A DNA stretch of 64,000 nucleotides from Lingula anatina (Eukaryota; Animalia; Brachiopoda), in NCBI GenBank assembly GCA_051362555.1, contig CM120647.1:14236651-14300650 (forward strand). Direction: 5' to 3'. Shown here one piece after another: positions 61,618 through 64,000 of the stretch. Position numbers and translations under genes: made by a program. The notes under the pieces were generated by a model. It did no database searches. It saw nothing but the letters and a program-made list of their open reading frames with translations, and was not told where the DNA came from. Each line of letters opens with the position of its first letter. Positions within the stretch are counted from its first letter, which is position 1.

Positions 61618-64000
61618 ATGGCAGAATATTTAGAAGCAAGAAAACGTGAAAGAGAGCATATGACCAGTGCCAAACGCTCTACCGGTGATTCTGCTACAAC
61701 CGAGAGTCGAGATCAGGCCGAGCCTTGCGATGGTGGGAGTCACGTTGACACTTCACAGAATACCAGCGCCGCTACACCTGCGTCGTCGCTACAGGATATG
61801 AACACTCTAGTTAAAGCTCTGACCGATTCCATGAACCTTAACAGATTGCCGATACCAGAACCCAGCGTTTTTACTGGAGATCCACTACAGTACTTAGAAT
61901 GGAAGACATCCTTTCAGATGCTCATAGAACGAAAAGGTATACCCCCTGAAGAAAGGATCTTCTACTTAAAGAAGTATGTGGGATATCCAGCACGTAAAGC
62001 ACTTGAAGGGTTTTTCTACGGCAACAGCCCCTCTGCGTTTCACAGCGCATGGAAAATTCTGGATGAGCGTTACGGACATCCTTTCCTAGTACAGAAAGCC
62101 TTCCGAGACAAACTAGACACGTGGCCTAAGATCCCAACCAACGACCCTGTAGCTCTGAGGGACTTCGGTGATTTTCTACAAGCCTGCCATGATGCAATTC
62201 CACACGTGCCTAATCTGCGCATTTTAAACGATTGTACAGAAAACCAGAAGCTCATCGCCAAACTACCAGAGTGGGTGACAGTGAGGTGGAACCGTGAAGT
62301 GACGCAGTGTATTGACATTACAGGTGAATACCCTCCCTTTCAGATGTTTGTGGAGTTTGTGACCAAGGAAGCCAGAATTGCCTGTAACCCGATTTCGTCG
62401 ATACACGCCCTCAACGCTACGAAGACTGCTGCTGCTGCTCACAAGGTCAAAGGTAATGCCAACGTTCTTACCACTACCTCCAGTCCTCCTGTGTATGTTT
62501 GCAGTTACTGTCAGAAAGGACATTTCATTTCACAGTGTGAAAATTTTCGATCTCTGACACTTGATCACAAACGCACTTTTATTCGTGAGAACAATCTATG
62601 TTACGGGTGTTTACGTCACGGCCATCACAACAACACTTGTAAAAGGAAACTAAGATGCGAAAAATGCCAGGGAAGACATCCCACGTGTTTACATGATGAC
62701 AACTTTAGGTTAGCTCGCCCACAACCTACAACAGAGTACCAGGTAGCAAATTCTCTTCAGATTGACCAAGGTAAAGATGACAGCACCTCCATGATAGTTC
62801 CGGTGTGGGTTTCCAGTAGGGAAAATCCGTCAAAGGAAATCCTGACGTATGCTCTCTTGGACACACAGAGCGACACTTCCTTTATTCTACAAGAGACGGC
62901 TACAGCATTGCAGATTACCGGACAGCCCGCACGTTTATCGTTGTCAACAATGACCGCCTCAAACACAGTTATTAACAGTTCCCGGATTTCCAGTTTACAA
63001 GTAAGAGCCTTCAACTCATCTGAAATTGTACCCATCAATGCCTGTTTCACCAGAGATTTCATACCAGCAAATCGATCTCACATTGCAGTGACGGAAACAG
63101 TTAGTAAGTGGCCACATTTACAGCAACTTAGTGCCGAGTTACCACCCCTACAGTCATGTGAGGTAGGACTTTTGATCGGGTACAACTGTCCGATGGCTCT
63201 AGCTCCCAGAAAGGTCTTAATTGGAAAAGAAAATCAGCCTTTTGCAGTCAGGACTCTGCTTGGTTGGAGCGTGGTGGGATACTCTACTCCTCCAAGTGCC
63301 AATGTCAACGTTGTCATTGCTCATCGTACAGCCGTCAAAGAACTACCTCAGTGTTCTTCAAAAGAAGTCATCAGAGTAATAGAAAAGGACTTCGCTCATG
63401 ACAAAGGCAGCGTTGCTGAAATCTCCAAATCACCACGGTTGACTGGACCCTCCTTCCCTAGGCAACGGCAGGTGAACCTGGAACGTGTCACTACAGAACT
63501 ACAGTTGGGAGATCCAGAGGTGAGAGCCTTTTCATTGTGTACTGATACGTCTACAATGCCTAATATCCTTGAACTCTTCACGAGATTATCTTGTTCGTGG
63601 AAAACCGTGTCTGAGATGGGGAGGATCCAACGAATTGCAAATGGTGTAAATGGAACACAGCCTCTGACTATTGAAGAAAGAGGAAAGGCAGAAAAATCTC
63701 TTGTTATGCTTACCCAACGCGATGCATTTCCAGACGCATTCAGTGCCCTCGATGCAGCTACCACGTTACTTAAGACGCATCAGCTTCACCCCCAAGATCT
63801 GGTTCTTGAAGATGGTCTTCTTCGAGACGGCGGCCGATTACGGAAAGCAGGTTTTCCAACGCCATTAAAACGTCCATCCATCCTACCAAAGAATCATCAT
63901 GTTACGCGACTGATTCTTGATTATGCTCACACGGACTCCCAACACCAGGGCAGAGGTATGACTCTCAACAAGCTTCGTTCCCTTGGTTTTTGGATTGTAG
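61618..64000 (+). CDS. BEL/Pao Gag-protease-integrase polyprotein (open to the window end, so absent from the ORF track)
   Basis: ATG at 61618 and no stop through 64000: PEPSVFTGDPLQYLEW, LDERYGHPF (gag); CSYC..H..C, CYGC..GH..C, CEKC..HPTCLH; YALLDTQSDTSFI (protease, Asp at 62860); LLIG, TLLGW; DPEV, DGLLRDGGRL, H..QHQG...GFWIV (integrase Zn-finger start). Confidence 0.9.
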   Translation, partial: MAEYLEARKREREHMTSAKRSTGDSATTESRDQAEPCDGGSHVDTSQNTSAATPASSLQDMNTLVKALTDSMNLNRLPIPEPSVFTGDPLQYLEWKTSFQMLIERKGIPPEERIFYLKKYVGYPARKALEGFFYGNSPSAFHSAWKILDERYGHPFLVQKAFRDKLDTWPKIPTNDPVALRDFGDFLQACHDAIPHVPNLRILNDCTENQKLIAKLPEWVTVRWNREVTQCIDITGEYPPFQMFVEFVTKEARIACNPISSIHALNATKTAAAAHKVKGNANVLTTTSSPPVYVCSYCQKGHFISQCENFRSLTLDHKRTFIRENNLCYGCLRHGHHNNTCKRKLRCEKCQGRHPTCLHDDNFRLARPQPTTEYQVANSLQIDQGKDDSTSMIVPVWVSSRENPSKEILTYALLDTQSDTSFILQETATALQITGQPARLSLSTMTASNTVINSSRISSLQVRAFNSSEIVPINACFTRDFIPANRSHIAVTETVSKWPHLQQLSAELPPLQSCEVGLLIGYNCPMALAPRKVLIGKENQPFAVRTLLGWSVVGYSTPPSANVNVVIAHRTAVKELPQCSSKEVIRVIEKDFAHDKGSVAEISKSPRLTGPSFPRQRQVNLERVTTELQLGDPEVRAFSLCTDTSTMPNILELFTRLSCSWKTVSEMGRIQRIANGVNGTQPLTIEERGKAEKSLVMLTQRDAFPDAFSALDAATTLLKTHQLHPQDLVLEDGLLRDGGRLRKAGFPTPLKRPSILPKNHHVTRLILDYAHTDSQHQGRGMTLNKLRSLGFWIV

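Larger units (their letters stand above)
60778..64000 (+). mobile_element. BEL/Pao LTR retrotransposon, RT/RNase H-less, continuing beyond the window
   Basis: LTR followed by one open ORF with BEL gag, three Cys/His knuckles, protease and the integrase N-terminus. Confidence 0.9.

Noticed and set aside
62070-63868. Short ORFs listed over the BEL region
   Set aside because: Antisense or off-frame shadows of the long plus-strand polyprotein.

Overview
AT-rich animal genomic DNA, probably a mollusc or other lophotrochozoan (inferred from repeat types and protein families). The backbone is a tandem array of five minus-strand MS4A/CD20-like four-TM genes (6 exons, coding exons joined in phase 0), with conserved TM helices but a hypervariable Tyr/Ser-rich first extracellular loop. 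A ~17 kb block carrying a sarcoplasmic calcium-binding (SCP-type EF-hand) gene and a decayed duplicate interrupts the array. Transposons include an intact DIRS1 element (ITRs, ICR, gag/RT-RH-MT/YR) nested in a decayed Kolobok, a decayed Sola3, piggyBac- and Kolobok-type MITEs, LINE fragments, and a BEL/Pao LTR element at the right edge. The BEL element is the most unusual feature. It has no recognisable tRNA primer-binding site. Instead the first ~75 nt of its predicted transcript are the near-perfect reverse complement of the sequence just after the 5' LTR, and that complementarity ends exactly at a 5' splice-site-like motif (candidate long self-priming system). Its single open ORF also lacks RT and RNase H in frame. 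All calls come from manual reading; no database searches were run.
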